From Bacilli bacterium (GTDB lineage Bacteria > Bacillota_I > Bacilli_A > ML615J-28 > CAG-698): DNA of 64,000 nucleotides. The DNA lies in NCBI GenBank assembly GCA_017617065.1, contig JAFZWP010000022.1, positions 141,214 through 205,213 on the forward strand, given 5' to 3'. A program made the translations under genes and the position numbers. Positions 1-9,962 of this stretch are shown in pieces. The notes below the pieces were generated by a model. That model saw only the letters and a program-made list of their open reading frames with translations. It did not search any database and was not told the origin of the DNA. Within the stretch, counting starts at the first letter, position 1. Every line of letters starts with the position of its first letter.

Positions 1-1498
1 CTTTTAAGTTGCGGGTATTAAATGATGTTTTCATAATACCTTGAGTTTTAGATTCAGGATGAAGTAGGGCTTTTTGGTCAAACGCATTAGCCATAACTTC
101 ATGCTCATAAGTAGTTACATTACTTGGCACACTATGCTGATATATGTAATCTCTTGATTTATATTGTTGATAAAGAGGGATTGAAAGTAATGGAATAAAA
201 TCAAAATACATTGATTGGAAATATTCATTACAATATCCTTCAAATTTAATCTTTGCATCTTCATACGAGTTTGTTATAAACATCGCCGGATTACAAAGAT
301 AACTAAATCTTTGTGAATGATCAGATTTAATTACATTTATCTTCTTTCTCTTATAAAATACGAAATCATCACCATATGGTTCTTGCGATCTAAGCAGTTT
401 CACAAAGTTTTGTTGAGCTAGGGGAGTGAATAATAATCTAAATTCCATTTCATTATCACGGTCTTCACCGCCAAACAATGATTCAAATTCTAGATTACCA
501 ATTCGAGTAAACTCAGTTTGATTCATAACGGCTTTCTTAGCCATTTTATCAAGCTGTTTTTCTTCCTTATTTATCATATTGGTAATCTGCTTTTCGCTTT
601 TACCAAGGGATCCCGATTTTAATCTGCTAAAAGATAAATTAGGTGCCGCTTCATTGCCCATTATAAGTTTTGTTTCTTTACGATAAGTAGGAATTGGTTT
701 AGTAACTGATGCATGAAGAGTTTGGGTTCTAGTTCTTGTACGCATGTTACCATTAGAATCACGGTATCTTTCGACCCAACTAATTACTAATTGACCATGA
801 TATGTTTTCCTTCCCCAGTCTTGAATGATGAATGTAGAAAACAAAAACGGATTACCGAGAATTGATCCAGACTGAACAAATGATGTCGATCTAGCGCTAT
901 CTTTATTATCTAACAGGCCATATTGCTTACATAACATTTCGTAACGCAAAGGATTAAAATTGTCATCTAACTCTAACAACTTCACTGTCTTATGAGCAAG
1001 GCTAGCTGCCATTGACCAATCATACATTTTATTAAGCTTGGCCATTTGTTCCCAAGAAAGTTTAATTAGATCATCTAGCTCGGCTTTTAGTTTTGCTAGT
1101 TTAGTGGCTATGTCTCTCATCTTGCCGGTTACTTTTTTAATCAGGTGTATAAATAACACATATATCGCTACTAATAACATACTAGCTACAATTGGAATAA
1201 TGATATGGATTTTCTTTACAATTCCAAAGTACCAAAGTACGATTGTCGCGATACTAAAAGCAACAAGACCAAATATTAACAAGAACTTTAAAAAGCCGTT
1301 ACCACGTTTTTTCTTTTCTAGTTCTTCTATTTCTTTTCTCTTCCCCGCAATATCGATAATTGTTTTCTTGTTAGCATCGCGGTCTACTCCCGCTTTGTCC
1401 ACAAGTCCTTCAAAAAACATCGATACATTTTCTTTGTGCATATTTTTATATTCACGATTATATGCATCAAACGGAGTTAACAAAGGTGAATCAGCCAT
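1..1498 (-). CDS. Hypothetical membrane-anchored protein, N-terminal 499 codons (3' end lies beyond window start)
   Basis: Absent from the ORF track because there is no stop in the window. Manual translation of the minus strand from ATG 1498-1496 (GGAGG at 1512-1508, 9-nt spacer) stays open to position 1: MADSPLLTPFDAYNREYKNMHKEN... Two hydrophobic helices (FLKFLLIFGLVAFSIATIVLWYF; IIIPIVASMLLVAIYVLFIHLI), then a long soluble region. No family recognised. Confidence 0.6.
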   Translation of the reverse strand, partial: MADSPLLTPFDAYNREYKNMHKENVSMFFEGLVDKAGVDRDANKKTIIDIAGKRKEIEELEKKKRGNGFLKFLLIFGLVAFSIATIVLWYFGIVKKIHIIIPIVASMLLVAIYVLFIHLIKKVTGKMRDIATKLAKLKAELDDLIKLSWEQMAKLNKMYDWSMAASLAHKTVKLLELDDNFNPLRYEMLCKQYGLLDNKDSARSTSFVQSGSILGNPFLFSTFIIQDWGRKTYHGQLVISWVERYRDSNGNMRTRTRTQTLHASVTKPIPTYRKETKLIMGNEAAPNLSFSRLKSGSLGKSEKQITNMINKEEKQLDKMAKKAVMNQTEFTRIGNLEFESLFGGEDRDNEMEFRLLFTPLAQQNFVKLLRSQEPYGDDFVFYKRKKINVIKSDHSQRFSYLCNPAMFITNSYEDAKIKFEGYCNEYFQSMYFDFIPLLSIPLYQQYKSRDYIYQHSVPSNVTTYEHEVMANAFDQKALLHPESKTQGIMKTSFNTRNLK

Positions 1499-1593
1499 TT
1501 TGATAAGCCTCCTAAAAATATGATATCACAACACACTTTAATTGTAAATTGATTTAACGCATACATTCTTCAACCTAATTTTTTATAATTATA

Positions 1594-1622
1594 TTGATAC
1601 ATATATTCTAAATTGCTATTAT
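1594..1622 (+). promoter_or_regulatory. Candidate sigma-A promoter of hflX (TTGATA-17 nt-TATTAT)
   Basis: TTGATA at 1594-1599, 17-nt spacer, TATTAT at 1617-1622, 27 nt upstream of the hflX ATG. AT-rich context makes chance matches likely. Confidence 0.4.
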
Positions 1623-1649
1623 GTTATTAGAAAGATGTAGGTTATTTTT

Positions 1650-2939
1650 ATGCAAGATAATCAAAAATTAGAAAAGAAAGCGATCCTTGTAGGATATAAA
1701 ACACCGGACAATCTCAGCTTTGATTATGAAATGGACGAACTAGCCGGTTTGTGTGAAGCAATTGGAATTGAGACAATTGATCGTATTACCCAAAGCGGTG
1801 AATCCATTAATATCAAAACATACCTCCGTAAAGGTAAAATGGATGAATTAGTTGATTTAATAGAAGTAACTGGAGCCAATATAATTGTATATAACGATGA
1901 ATTAACTCCATCGCAAATGCAAAGTATAAATAAGCTAGTCGATATTACTGTTTATGATAGAACATATATCATATTAGAAATATTCAAACAAAGAGCTAAA
2001 ACTAAAGAGGCACTTCTCCAAGTAGAAATTGCTACCCTTCGTTATATGCGTGCAAGGCTTGTAGGTTTGCATGAAGGATTGTCACGTCAAAGAGGTGGCG
2101 GTTCTAATGGTGGAGCCTATGGTAAAGGTCGTGGTGAAACACAACTTGAAATTGATAGAAGAAATGTTGGCGACCGCATTGTCTTACTAAAAAAGCAATT
2201 AGCCACAGTCACAAAAGAAAGAGCACTACAGCGTAAAAAAAGAAGTACTTCTTCTACGCCAATCATTTGCTTAGTTGGTTATACTAATAGCGGTAAATCA
2301 AGTATGCTTAATGCTATTATGAAGTACTCAATTCTTCAAAAGAAAGAAGTTGAAAGTAAAGACATGCTCTTTGCCACCCTTGAAACTTCTTCTAGATTAA
2401 TTAAACTATCAAACAACCACTCTTTTATATTAACTGATACAGTAGGTTTTGTCAGTAAACTGCCAACTGTTTTAGTAGAAGCATTTAAATCAACTTTAGA
2501 AGAAATCACAGAAGCTGATTTAATCGTTCATGTAGTTGATGCCTCTAATCCTGAATTTGAAAAACAAATCAAAACCACAAATGAAGTATTATCAGAAATT
2601 GGTGTAGTAAATATTCCTACAATTTATGCTTTTAATAAGATTGATAAAGTAGATAATTACTTATATGTTCCTAACGATTATTTAAAAGTAACTAGAACTT
2701 CTACTATTACTGGAAAGGGAATTAATACATTAATTAACGAAATTGAAAAAGAAGTATTTGCAGGGGAAGCTGAAGTTAGTATTTTACTGCCTTATTCTGA
2801 AGCAAAATATGTTAATACTTTAAAGACTACATCTTTTGTTTGCTCAATGGATTATTTAGAACAAGGTATTAAAATTAAGGCTAAAGTTAATCAAACTATA
2901 GCTCGTCAATTGGATAAATACATAATAAAAGAATCATAG
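1650..2939 (+). CDS. hflX: GTPase HflX
   Basis: 429-aa ORF. HflX-type N-terminal domain followed by G-domain motifs GYTNSGKSS (G1), DTVGF (G3), NKID (G4). Confidence 0.9.
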   Translation: MQDNQKLEKKAILVGYKTPDNLSFDYEMDELAGLCEAIGIETIDRITQSGESINIKTYLRKGKMDELVDLIEVTGANIIVYNDELTPSQMQSINKLVDITVYDRTYIILEIFKQRAKTKEALLQVEIATLRYMRARLVGLHEGLSRQRGGGSNGGAYGKGRGETQLEIDRRNVGDRIVLLKKQLATVTKERALQRKKRSTSSTPIICLVGYTNSGKSSMLNAIMKYSILQKKEVESKDMLFATLETSSRLIKLSNNHSFILTDTVGFVSKLPTVLVEAFKSTLEEITEADLIVHVVDASNPEFEKQIKTTNEVLSEIGVVNIPTIYAFNKIDKVDNYLYVPNDYLKVTRTSTITGKGINTLINEIEKEVFAGEAEVSILLPYSEAKYVNTLKTTSFVCSMDYLEQGIKIKAKVNQTIARQLDKYIIKES

Positions 2940-2951
2940 GAACTATGATTC
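2931..2951. terminator. Bidirectional hairpin terminator between convergent hflX and the 2956-3657 gene
   Basis: GAATCATAG-gaa-CTATGATTC, flanked by ATAATAAAA upstream and ATTTTTAT downstream, so it has a U-tract in both orientations. Overlaps both stop codons. Confidence 0.6.
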
Positions 2952-2955
2952 ATTT

Positions 2956-3657
2956 TTATAATTCTATATTAAACTCTTTCCCTATTAGGATATGCATGAT
3001 TAGTGTCTTATGTAAATCAAGCATTTCTAAGTTTACTATTTCATATGGTGATATTCTTTCAAAATTTTCTAAATTGTTATCATCAGCTAAATCTACCAAG
3101 AAACAATAAAATACCATTTTCTTCTTTTTATTAGCTGTAGCAGACCCAACATATGAATAATCATTTATTGAAACACCTAGTTTAGATATATAACTACTAA
3201 ATGCTTCATCATAAAAGAAAACGCCTCTTTCAAAAATGACGCAGTCTCCAAGGTATACCTCTTTACTATCATTTCTTTCTTTTCTTAGATAATACATTCC
3301 ACCAAATTTATATACGATATATAAATATTGATTGATATCTTTTTGATAACTATTAGCATTAGTGATTTTATGATGATTTCTAAATGCTTGGATTAGGTTA
3401 TAAATAATAAATCCTAGGTTAATTAAAAGCATTGCTGCGGCGGCTAGGAAATATTGATAATGCGTAAATTGGCTAGAACCAAACTTTAAATAATCATAGA
3501 TCATTGCTCCGCCAAATAGCATTAAATTACCAATAAATAATATGCTTAAAATTAAACTACGTTTAGCATAGTTTTTTGCTGATACGATATTATTTATTAT
3601 TAAAAAGATTATAGCCATAGGAAGGCATGCATAAATTATAATCTTAATATGTTCCAT
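2956..3657 (-). CDS. Hypothetical membrane protein (about 4 N-terminal TM helices plus a 130-aa soluble C-terminal domain)
   Basis: 233-aa ORF with hydrophobic N-terminal half and a C-terminal alpha/beta-looking domain. No motif recognised. Confidence 0.55.
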   Translation of the reverse strand: MEHIKIIIYACLPMAIIFLIINNIVSAKNYAKRSLILSILFIGNLMLFGGAMIYDYLKFGSSQFTHYQYFLAAAAMLLINLGFIIYNLIQAFRNHHKITNANSYQKDINQYLYIVYKFGGMYYLRKERNDSKEVYLGDCVIFERGVFFYDEAFSSYISKLGVSINDYSYVGSATANKKKKMVFYCFLVDLADDNNLENFERISPYEIVNLEMLDLHKTLIMHILIGKEFNIEL

Positions 3658-3745
3658 ATTATTACCTCTAATACATTATACATTATTTTTCTTCCTTTAA
3701 AAAGTAATAATTATTTAGTATAATGTTATTAGAAAAGAGGTAATT

Positions 3746-4378
3746 ATGAAACCAGTAATAATCGGTATAGCTGGCGGTACAGCTAGCGGTAAAACAACAG
3801 TAGCTAAAAGAATTTATGAGAATGCATCAAAACACGGTCGCGTAAATATGATAAGACTAGATGATTATTATAAACGTCTTGATCATCTGACATTAGAAGA
3901 AAGGAAAAAAGTTAATTATGACCACCCTACATCATATGATGTGGAATTATTAGTTGAACATTTAAGAATGCTTCAAAATGGTATGTCAATTAATAAACCG
4001 ACATATGATTTTGTGATTCATAATCGTAGCGAGATTAGCGAAAGAATCGATGCTGCTCCAGTTATCATTCTAGAAGGAATTATGACTTTTGCAATTCCTG
4101 AAATAAATGATATGTGTGACATTAAAATATATGTAGATACGGCTGATGACATTAGATTTATCAGAAGACTTAAAAGAGATATTACTGATAGGGGACGTAG
4201 TGTAGAATCAGTAATTGATCAATACTTAACTACAGTTAGACCAATGCATTTATTGTTTGTGGAACCATCTAAGAAATACGCTAATATCATTATCCCTGAA
4301 GGTGGACACAATCAAACAGCAATTGACCTTGTATCCACAAAAATCATTGACTTGATTTTGAAAGCAAATGAAGAATAA
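3746..4378 (+). CDS. udk: Uridine/cytidine kinase
   Basis: P-loop GIAGGTASGKTT at the N-terminus, 210 aa, conserved RRLKRD region. Confidence 0.9.
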   Translation: MKPVIIGIAGGTASGKTTVAKRIYENASKHGRVNMIRLDDYYKRLDHLTLEERKKVNYDHPTSYDVELLVEHLRMLQNGMSINKPTYDFVIHNRSEISERIDAAPVIILEGIMTFAIPEINDMCDIKIYVDTADDIRFIRRLKRDITDRGRSVESVIDQYLTTVRPMHLLFVEPSKKYANIIIPEGGHNQTAIDLVSTKIIDLILKANEE

Positions 4379-4382
4379 TTTA

Positions 4383-4413
4383 AAAATGTATCATACGACG
4401 TATGATACATTTT
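4383..4413. terminator. Bidirectional terminator between convergent udk and rnhB
   Basis: AAAATGTATCATAC-gac-GTATGATACATTTT followed by ATTTTT on plus. The A-run on the left gives a U-tract for the minus-strand transcript. Confidence 0.75.
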
Positions 4414-5041
4414 ATTTTTGATTATGTTTTCTTATTATATCTTGTACAGGAGCAAAGCTTCTTCTATGAATATCACAAATTCCAAATTCATTAATTGCTT
4501 CACGATGAAGTTTAGTTACATACCCCTTATGTTTTTCAAAATGATATTCCGGATATGCTTTAGCATATTCATACATTAAATGATCTCTTGTTACTTTAGC
4601 TATGATGCTAGCAGCAGCAATTGATGCACTTTTTGCATCCCCTTTAATGATAGCTTCATGATCAAACTCTTCGCCAAGGGGCATAGCATCAGTCAAAACA
4701 AAATCAATTTTTGATTTTGCTTTTTTTAAGCAATTTATCATTCCTATTTTTGATGCTTGATAAACATTTAGTCTATCTACATCTTCTACGCTAATTACTT
4801 CTACTTGTACTTCTTTTGCAAATTCATTAATTTGTTTAAATAAAGCTTCGCGCTTTTTTTCAGTTAGTTGTTTAGAATCATTTAATCCTTCAATCTTCTT
4901 TTTAGGATCTAAAATTACCATCGCCACAACTAAAGGTCCCGCCATTGGACCCCTACCTGCTTCATCTAAACCAGCGATGATCTTTTTACCCATCTTCTTG
5001 TATTTATTTTCATATAAATACATATCTACACTATTCTTCAT
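4412..5041 (-). CDS. rnhB: Ribonuclease HII
   Basis: GLDEAGRGPMAGPLV catalytic motif, 209 aa. Start overlaps the rbgA stop by 11 nt. Confidence 0.9.
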   Translation of the reverse strand: MKNSVDMYLYENKYKKMGKKIIAGLDEAGRGPMAGPLVVAMVILDPKKKIEGLNDSKQLTEKKREALFKQINEFAKEVQVEVISVEDVDRLNVYQASKIGMINCLKKAKSKIDFVLTDAMPLGEEFDHEAIIKGDAKSASIAAASIIAKVTRDHLMYEYAKAYPEYHFEKHKGYVTKLHREAINEFGICDIHRRSFAPVQDIIRKHNQK

Positions 5042-5867
5042 GATCTAAGGTAATCCTTCCAATACGAACTGATCTAAAGTCAGTAAGTATAGTTTCATAT
5101 ACTTTTTCATAATCTACTTCACCGGCTTTAATAAAGCCACGGCTTTGACCAATTTTATCTAAGATTAAAACATTATCATCATCAACGCTTACGTTATATC
5201 GATTAACTAAATTATCTGGATAATATTTCTTTAGAAAATCTAAGAAATATAAAATCATATCTTCTTTTCTAACTACTATATCTTTAATAGCACCAGTTAA
5301 AGCTAAATGATAGCTTTGGGTAATTGATTCAAACTTTGGCCAAAGTACTCCTGGTGTATCAAGTAAATCTAAATCTTTGTTAATACGAATCCATTGTTGG
5401 GCTTTAGTAACTCCTGGCTTATCACCAGTAGCAGCTGAATGTTTACCAGTTAGTTTATTGATTAATGTAGATTTACCAACATTAGGAATACCAACAACCA
5501 TTGCTCTAATAGCTCTAGGTTTAAGACCTCTTGCTAAATCTTTTTTTATCTTTTCTTCTAATACAACTTTAGCACTATTAACAATATTCTTAACATTAGC
5601 CCCACTAATTGAATCAACTGTTATTGAATCAATTCCTTGAGATTTAAAATGCTTTTGCCATTTTAAAGTTTGGCTACTATCTGCCATTTCTGATTTTGTT
5701 ATTATTATTAATCTTTTAGAAGATACAAACAATTTTTGAAATTCAGGATTTTGGCTTGAAAAAGGTATCCTCGCATCAAGTAATTCGAAGACAATATCAA
5801 CAAGTTTTAATTTCTCTTGAATTTCTTTTTTAGCTTTAGCCATATGGCCAGGATACCATTGAATCAT
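5031..5867 (-). CDS. rbgA: Ribosome biogenesis GTPase A (YlqF/RbgA), circularly permuted GTPase
   Basis: N-terminal WYPGHMAKA, then a G4-position motif TKSE, GIPNVGKST (G1), DTPG (G3). rbgA-rnhB adjacency as in Bacillus subtilis. Confidence 0.85.
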   Translation of the reverse strand: MIQWYPGHMAKAKKEIQEKLKLVDIVFELLDARIPFSSQNPEFQKLFVSSKRLIIITKSEMADSSQTLKWQKHFKSQGIDSITVDSISGANVKNIVNSAKVVLEEKIKKDLARGLKPRAIRAMVVGIPNVGKSTLINKLTGKHSAATGDKPGVTKAQQWIRINKDLDLLDTPGVLWPKFESITQSYHLALTGAIKDIVVRKEDMILYFLDFLKKYYPDNLVNRYNVSVDDDNVLILDKIGQSRGFIKAGEVDYEKVYETILTDFRSVRIGRITLDHEE

Positions 5868-5869
5868 TT

Positions 5870-6754
5870 TTATTTCTCCGTTTTATCAATCTTTCTATAT
5901 TCAAATAAGTTATTCATTACAAACATTGCTTTACCAATTATTAAACTTTCAGGAACTAAGCCAATTGACCACGAATCATAACTATTAGCTCTATTATCAC
6001 CAAGTAATAAATAATACCCTTCAGGTATTACATCCCCAGTTAAGCCTGTTAGTGCCATTACATCACTTAATGTTTTACAACTCTTATATGATGTATCAAG
6101 CATGCAATCATAACTTTTACCGTGAATGACTCCTTTTTTAAAGTTACCTTCTTCATCATATAGATAACTTTCAATATAAGCTTCGCCATTCACATATAAT
6201 ACGCCATCAACAAATTCGATTTTTTCTCCTGGTAAACCAATTACTCTTTTTAACCACAATTCATCATCGTATGCACTTGATACATTTAATTTTGAAGAAT
6301 CAATTTTAAATACAACTACATCTTCTCTTTTTAAGTTATGATGATTTGCACTAACTATTAGTTTTTCAGAATCAAGTACTGTTGGTGTCATCGAATTTTG
6401 GGTAACAGTAACAGGAAATGCCACAAGTATAAATATTAAGTAAACTACTATAATTGCCCAAATGAATATTGTTAAATAATCATAAGCATTAGTTACTTTA
6501 GTTAGTGTCTCTTTAATATCTGCAACTTTGCTTGCACTCCTTAGCACTAATATATATCCCATTAAAACACTTGTAAGTAAAAGTAGTCCAACTAAAGCCG
6601 GTAAGGTAACAATACCAATTTTACCATTTCTAGTTGGAATGCTTATATCAAATGCTACTCCTAAGCCAAAGATATTTGTGGACACTAATAAAATAGCAAT
6701 GCTTAGAAGTAATAATGTAATATACATTTTAATGTATATTTCTTTTTTCATCAT
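5870..6754 (-). CDS. lepB: Signal peptidase I (S26) with an unusually long polytopic N-terminal region
   Basis: Ser box NSMTPT, Lys box KRVIGLPGEKI, GDNRANSYDS. About 110 aa with 3 hydrophobic helices precede the catalytic Ser. Confidence 0.85.
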   Translation of the reverse strand: MMKKEIYIKMYITLLLLSIAILLVSTNIFGLGVAFDISIPTRNGKIGIVTLPALVGLLLLTSVLMGYILVLRSASKVADIKETLTKVTNAYDYLTIFIWAIIVVYLIFILVAFPVTVTQNSMTPTVLDSEKLIVSANHHNLKREDVVVFKIDSSKLNVSSAYDDELWLKRVIGLPGEKIEFVDGVLYVNGEAYIESYLYDEEGNFKKGVIHGKSYDCMLDTSYKSCKTLSDVMALTGLTGDVIPEGYYLLLGDNRANSYDSWSIGLVPESLIIGKAMFVMNNLFEYRKIDKTEK

Positions 6755-8910
6755 AGGTTATCTAGAATATCCTCTAATTGTTCCATTGTTACTTGAACAA
6801 CTCTAGCTCTACTACCTAAGTTTTCAGAAACAATTCCTAAGTTCTCTAATGATTCCATAATTGCTTGTGCTTTATTAAAGCCCATGTTGAAAGTCTTTTG
6901 AATACGATTGATTGATGCATTGTTTTCTTCTACTACAAATCTTGCAACTGCTGCAAACAATTCATCATCTACACCAGTCGATTCTTGGCTTTCTTCTTTT
7001 TGCATTACATCATCAATATTTAGGATATAACTTGTATCGCATCTATCTCTAATGAAATCAGTGATTTCATTAATCTCTTCAGATGAAATATATGCACCTT
7101 GTGCTCTTATTTCTTCTACACCATTGTTATAAAGCATATCACCATTTCCAAGTAGCTTTTCAGCTCCTGCATGATCTAGGATAATGCTTGAGTTAACTTG
7201 GTCTTTAACTTTAAAGGCAATTCTAAATGGAACGCAGTTCTTAATTGTACCACTAATTACATCAGCTGATGGTCTTTGGGTTGCTAGTATCATATGGATA
7301 CCAGCAGCACGTCCTTTTTGAGTAATACGTTGGATGTATCCCATTGTATCAGCACCACTTACACCAAGTAAGTCAGCTAACTCATCAATTACGACTAATA
7401 CATAAGGTATATGAGGTAATGCCATATCACTAGATGCTATTCTATTGTATTCAGCGATATTCTTTGCATGAACTGGTTTAAGCATTTGATAACGTCTTTC
7501 CATTTCGTCTACGCACCACTTAAGTGCCATTTGTGCTACTTTTGGCTCAGTAACAATTGGCATTGCTAAGTGTGGTAAATCTTCATAACTACTGAATTCA
7601 ATAATCTTTGGATCCACAATTATCATCTTAACATCATCAGGATGAGCTTTATATAAAATTGATGTAATAATACAGTTCATACATACGCTCTTACCAGATC
7701 CAGTAGTACCACCAATTAATACATGTGGAGCTTTAGCTATATCTAAATATAATGGATTATCAAATAAGTCTAAACCTAAAGCAACATTAAGTGGCTTACC
7801 ATCATTTAAGAAGTTACGATCTTTTTGAAGTAAATCTCCAAAGTAAACCATTGTCTTATCTTGGTTAGGAACTTCAATTCCCACGGTTGATTTACCAGGG
7901 ATAGGTGATTGAATTCTAATTGACATTGCCGCAATCTTTGCTTGAATGTTAGAAGCAATGTTGGCAACGCTTTGCATTCTAACACCTGGGTCTAACGCAA
8001 TTTCGAATTGAGTTACAACTGGTCCCTTTACATAATTAACAACTCTACCACCAACATTAAATTCTGCTAATGTTTCGTTGATACCATTCTTTTGATATTC
8101 TACGCCAGCATTATCACCAAGTGTTTCTCCATTGCCATGTTTTAAAATTGATAGTGGTGGAGCAACATAACGTATTCTTTTCTTTTTAGGAGTAGCTTCA
8201 CTTACTTGCTTAACAGCAGGTTTTACAGGAGCAGGTTCCTCTTCTACAACAGTTTCTTCCTCCTCATCATCATCTAGCGAAGCAAATTTCTTTTCTTCTC
8301 CAAAATCAATTTCTAAATCATCCATTTCTGGATCAAGAATTGAATCTTCTTCATCAGCAGGTGATGTGTATATATCTTCAATTCTTGGAGCAGGGTTAGA
8401 AGTAAAACGTGGTTTTTCTTCTTCAACAGGCTCTTCTTCGATTTCTTCGGTTACTTGTGTTCTAGAAACAATTTGAGGTTCATCCTCTTCTTCAGCCCTA
8501 ACAAAATTTGATTCTTCTACAGGAGCACTATTTGCTACACTCGGTCCCATAATATCTTTGTATGCAGGGTCTTTAATTAAATATGATGGCGTTTTTAATT
8601 CTTCCTCGGATAAGTCGCTTCTTGCACTAACAGCTCCTTCTTCACGATGAGTAACAAAATCCATGTAGTCATCTTTACGAATACGATCTTTAGGGTCTCT
8701 AAATGAATCATATTGAATACCACGATTATTGTATTTAGCTCCAGTAATCGTAATTTCATCTTTTACTTTAGTCCCATAGTATGAAGATACAAAACGATCT
8801 CTTGGAGGTGTTGGCTTCTTGGCTTCAGTTTTTTTCTCCTCAGTAGCATTAGCCTCAGACTTATTTTCAGTTGTTTCATCCTCAATTTGAGGAATATAAA
8901 ATTTTTTCAT
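6751..8910 (-). CDS. FtsK/SpoIIIE-family DNA translocase without transmembrane domain (SftA-like)
   Basis: Walker A GGTTGSGKS, Walker B VVIDELADL, C-terminal winged-helix gamma-like segment. The N-terminal 270 aa are acidic and low-complexity with no hydrophobic helix. 4-nt overlap with lepB. Confidence 0.85.
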   Translation of the reverse strand: MKKFYIPQIEDETTENKSEANATEEKKTEAKKPTPPRDRFVSSYYGTKVKDEITITGAKYNNRGIQYDSFRDPKDRIRKDDYMDFVTHREEGAVSARSDLSEEELKTPSYLIKDPAYKDIMGPSVANSAPVEESNFVRAEEEDEPQIVSRTQVTEEIEEEPVEEEKPRFTSNPAPRIEDIYTSPADEEDSILDPEMDDLEIDFGEEKKFASLDDDEEEETVVEEEPAPVKPAVKQVSEATPKKKRIRYVAPPLSILKHGNGETLGDNAGVEYQKNGINETLAEFNVGGRVVNYVKGPVVTQFEIALDPGVRMQSVANIASNIQAKIAAMSIRIQSPIPGKSTVGIEVPNQDKTMVYFGDLLQKDRNFLNDGKPLNVALGLDLFDNPLYLDIAKAPHVLIGGTTGSGKSVCMNCIITSILYKAHPDDVKMIIVDPKIIEFSSYEDLPHLAMPIVTEPKVAQMALKWCVDEMERRYQMLKPVHAKNIAEYNRIASSDMALPHIPYVLVVIDELADLLGVSGADTMGYIQRITQKGRAAGIHMILATQRPSADVISGTIKNCVPFRIAFKVKDQVNSSIILDHAGAEKLLGNGDMLYNNGVEEIRAQGAYISSEEINEITDFIRDRCDTSYILNIDDVMQKEESQESTGVDDELFAAVARFVVEENNASINRIQKTFNMGFNKAQAIMESLENLGIVSENLGSRARVVQVTMEQLEDILDNL

Positions 8911-9082
8911 AATACCCTCCTATTCTTCATACTTTCATGAGCGGACACTTATCTCATTTTATCATTCCACTTTAATCCAATTTTACTACATCATTCATCT
9001 TTTTTCAATCCATAATTAATTATAAATAATTCGTTAAATTTATGATTTAGTAATAATTCTCGTTTAAAATTTCTGCTAGCTA

Positions 9083-9091
9083 TGTTATAAT
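9083..9091 (+). promoter_or_regulatory. Extended -10 promoter element (TGtTATAAT) for the HAD gene at 9116
   Basis: TG at 9083-9084 and TATAAT at 9086-9091, 24 nt upstream of the ATG. Weak -35. Confidence 0.45.
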
Positions 9092-9115
9092 GTCTATATC
9101 TTAAAGGTATAAAAT

Positions 9116-9934
9116 ATGAAACTAAAAAATTATTTAATTGCTGTAGACTTAGACGATACAATTGTTACTAATTTTTCTACTAAAGATGAAAAGAGTTTTG
9201 CAAAATTAAAAGAACTAGCAAAAGATAATTTAGTAATAATTGCTACTGGCAGACCTAATAGATCAAGCATTGATTATTATAACTACCTTGACCTAAATGG
9301 CCCACTTATTAATTATAATGGCGCCTGGATTCATAACCCTAGTGATCCAAAATACCCTGTTACGATGATATCAATGGATAAACAAAAAATAATTGATTTT
9401 TATAATGACAATAAAGATGCAATTTATAATTTGTTTTCTGAAGTGGGGGATGATATTTATCTTGATTCTTATCGTATCGAACTTCATCCATTTCTTCATT
9501 TAGATGGGGGTAGACTTCACACAGGGCCCCTAGAAGAAATACTAACTGAAGATCCCGCTGGTGCCATATTTTTTGCGGATAAGGATAAAAAAGAAAGATT
9601 AGAAAAATATGTAGCTGATAAGTTTAAAGGCGATGTAATGATACGCTTTTGGAATCACGCTAATCCTTTAATTGGAGAATTCTATAATCCGCACATTACT
9701 AAAGGCATTGCCTTAGAAAACATTAGAAATCATTATGGCATTTCTAAAGATAAAACAATTACTTTTGGTGATGGTCATAATGATATTGATATGATTACAT
9801 TTGCTAAATACGGTGTAGCAATGGGAAATTCACATCCTGATTTATTGAAGGCTGCAAAATATGTTACTGGTAGTTTTAGCGAAAGTGGTGTTTATGAATT
9901 CCTAACTAAGCTTGAAAACGGAGAAATAAAATAA
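9116..9934 (+). CDS. Cof-type HAD-IIB phosphatase
   Basis: DxD motif AVDLDDTIV and GDGHNDIDM, 272 aa. Confidence 0.8.
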   Translation: MKLKNYLIAVDLDDTIVTNFSTKDEKSFAKLKELAKDNLVIIATGRPNRSSIDYYNYLDLNGPLINYNGAWIHNPSDPKYPVTMISMDKQKIIDFYNDNKDAIYNLFSEVGDDIYLDSYRIELHPFLHLDGGRLHTGPLEEILTEDPAGAIFFADKDKKERLEKYVADKFKGDVMIRFWNHANPLIGEFYNPHITKGIALENIRNHYGISKDKTITFGDGHNDIDMITFAKYGVAMGNSHPDLLKAAKYVTGSFSESGVYEFLTKLENGEIK

Positions 9935-9962
9935 AAGTAGTTAACTATTCGTTAACTACTTT
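9934..9962. terminator. Bidirectional terminator between convergent HAD gene and the 9956-10762 gene
   Basis: AAAGTAGTTAAC-tattc-GTTAACTACTTT followed by TTTT. A-rich on the left side. Confidence 0.7.

Noticed and set aside
1038-1523. Plus-strand 161-aa ORF from the track
   Set aside because: Low-complexity Ser/Ile/Phe-rich translation with no SD. It lies antisense to a much longer minus-strand frame that has GGAGG plus an ATG at 1498, so it is a shadow ORF.
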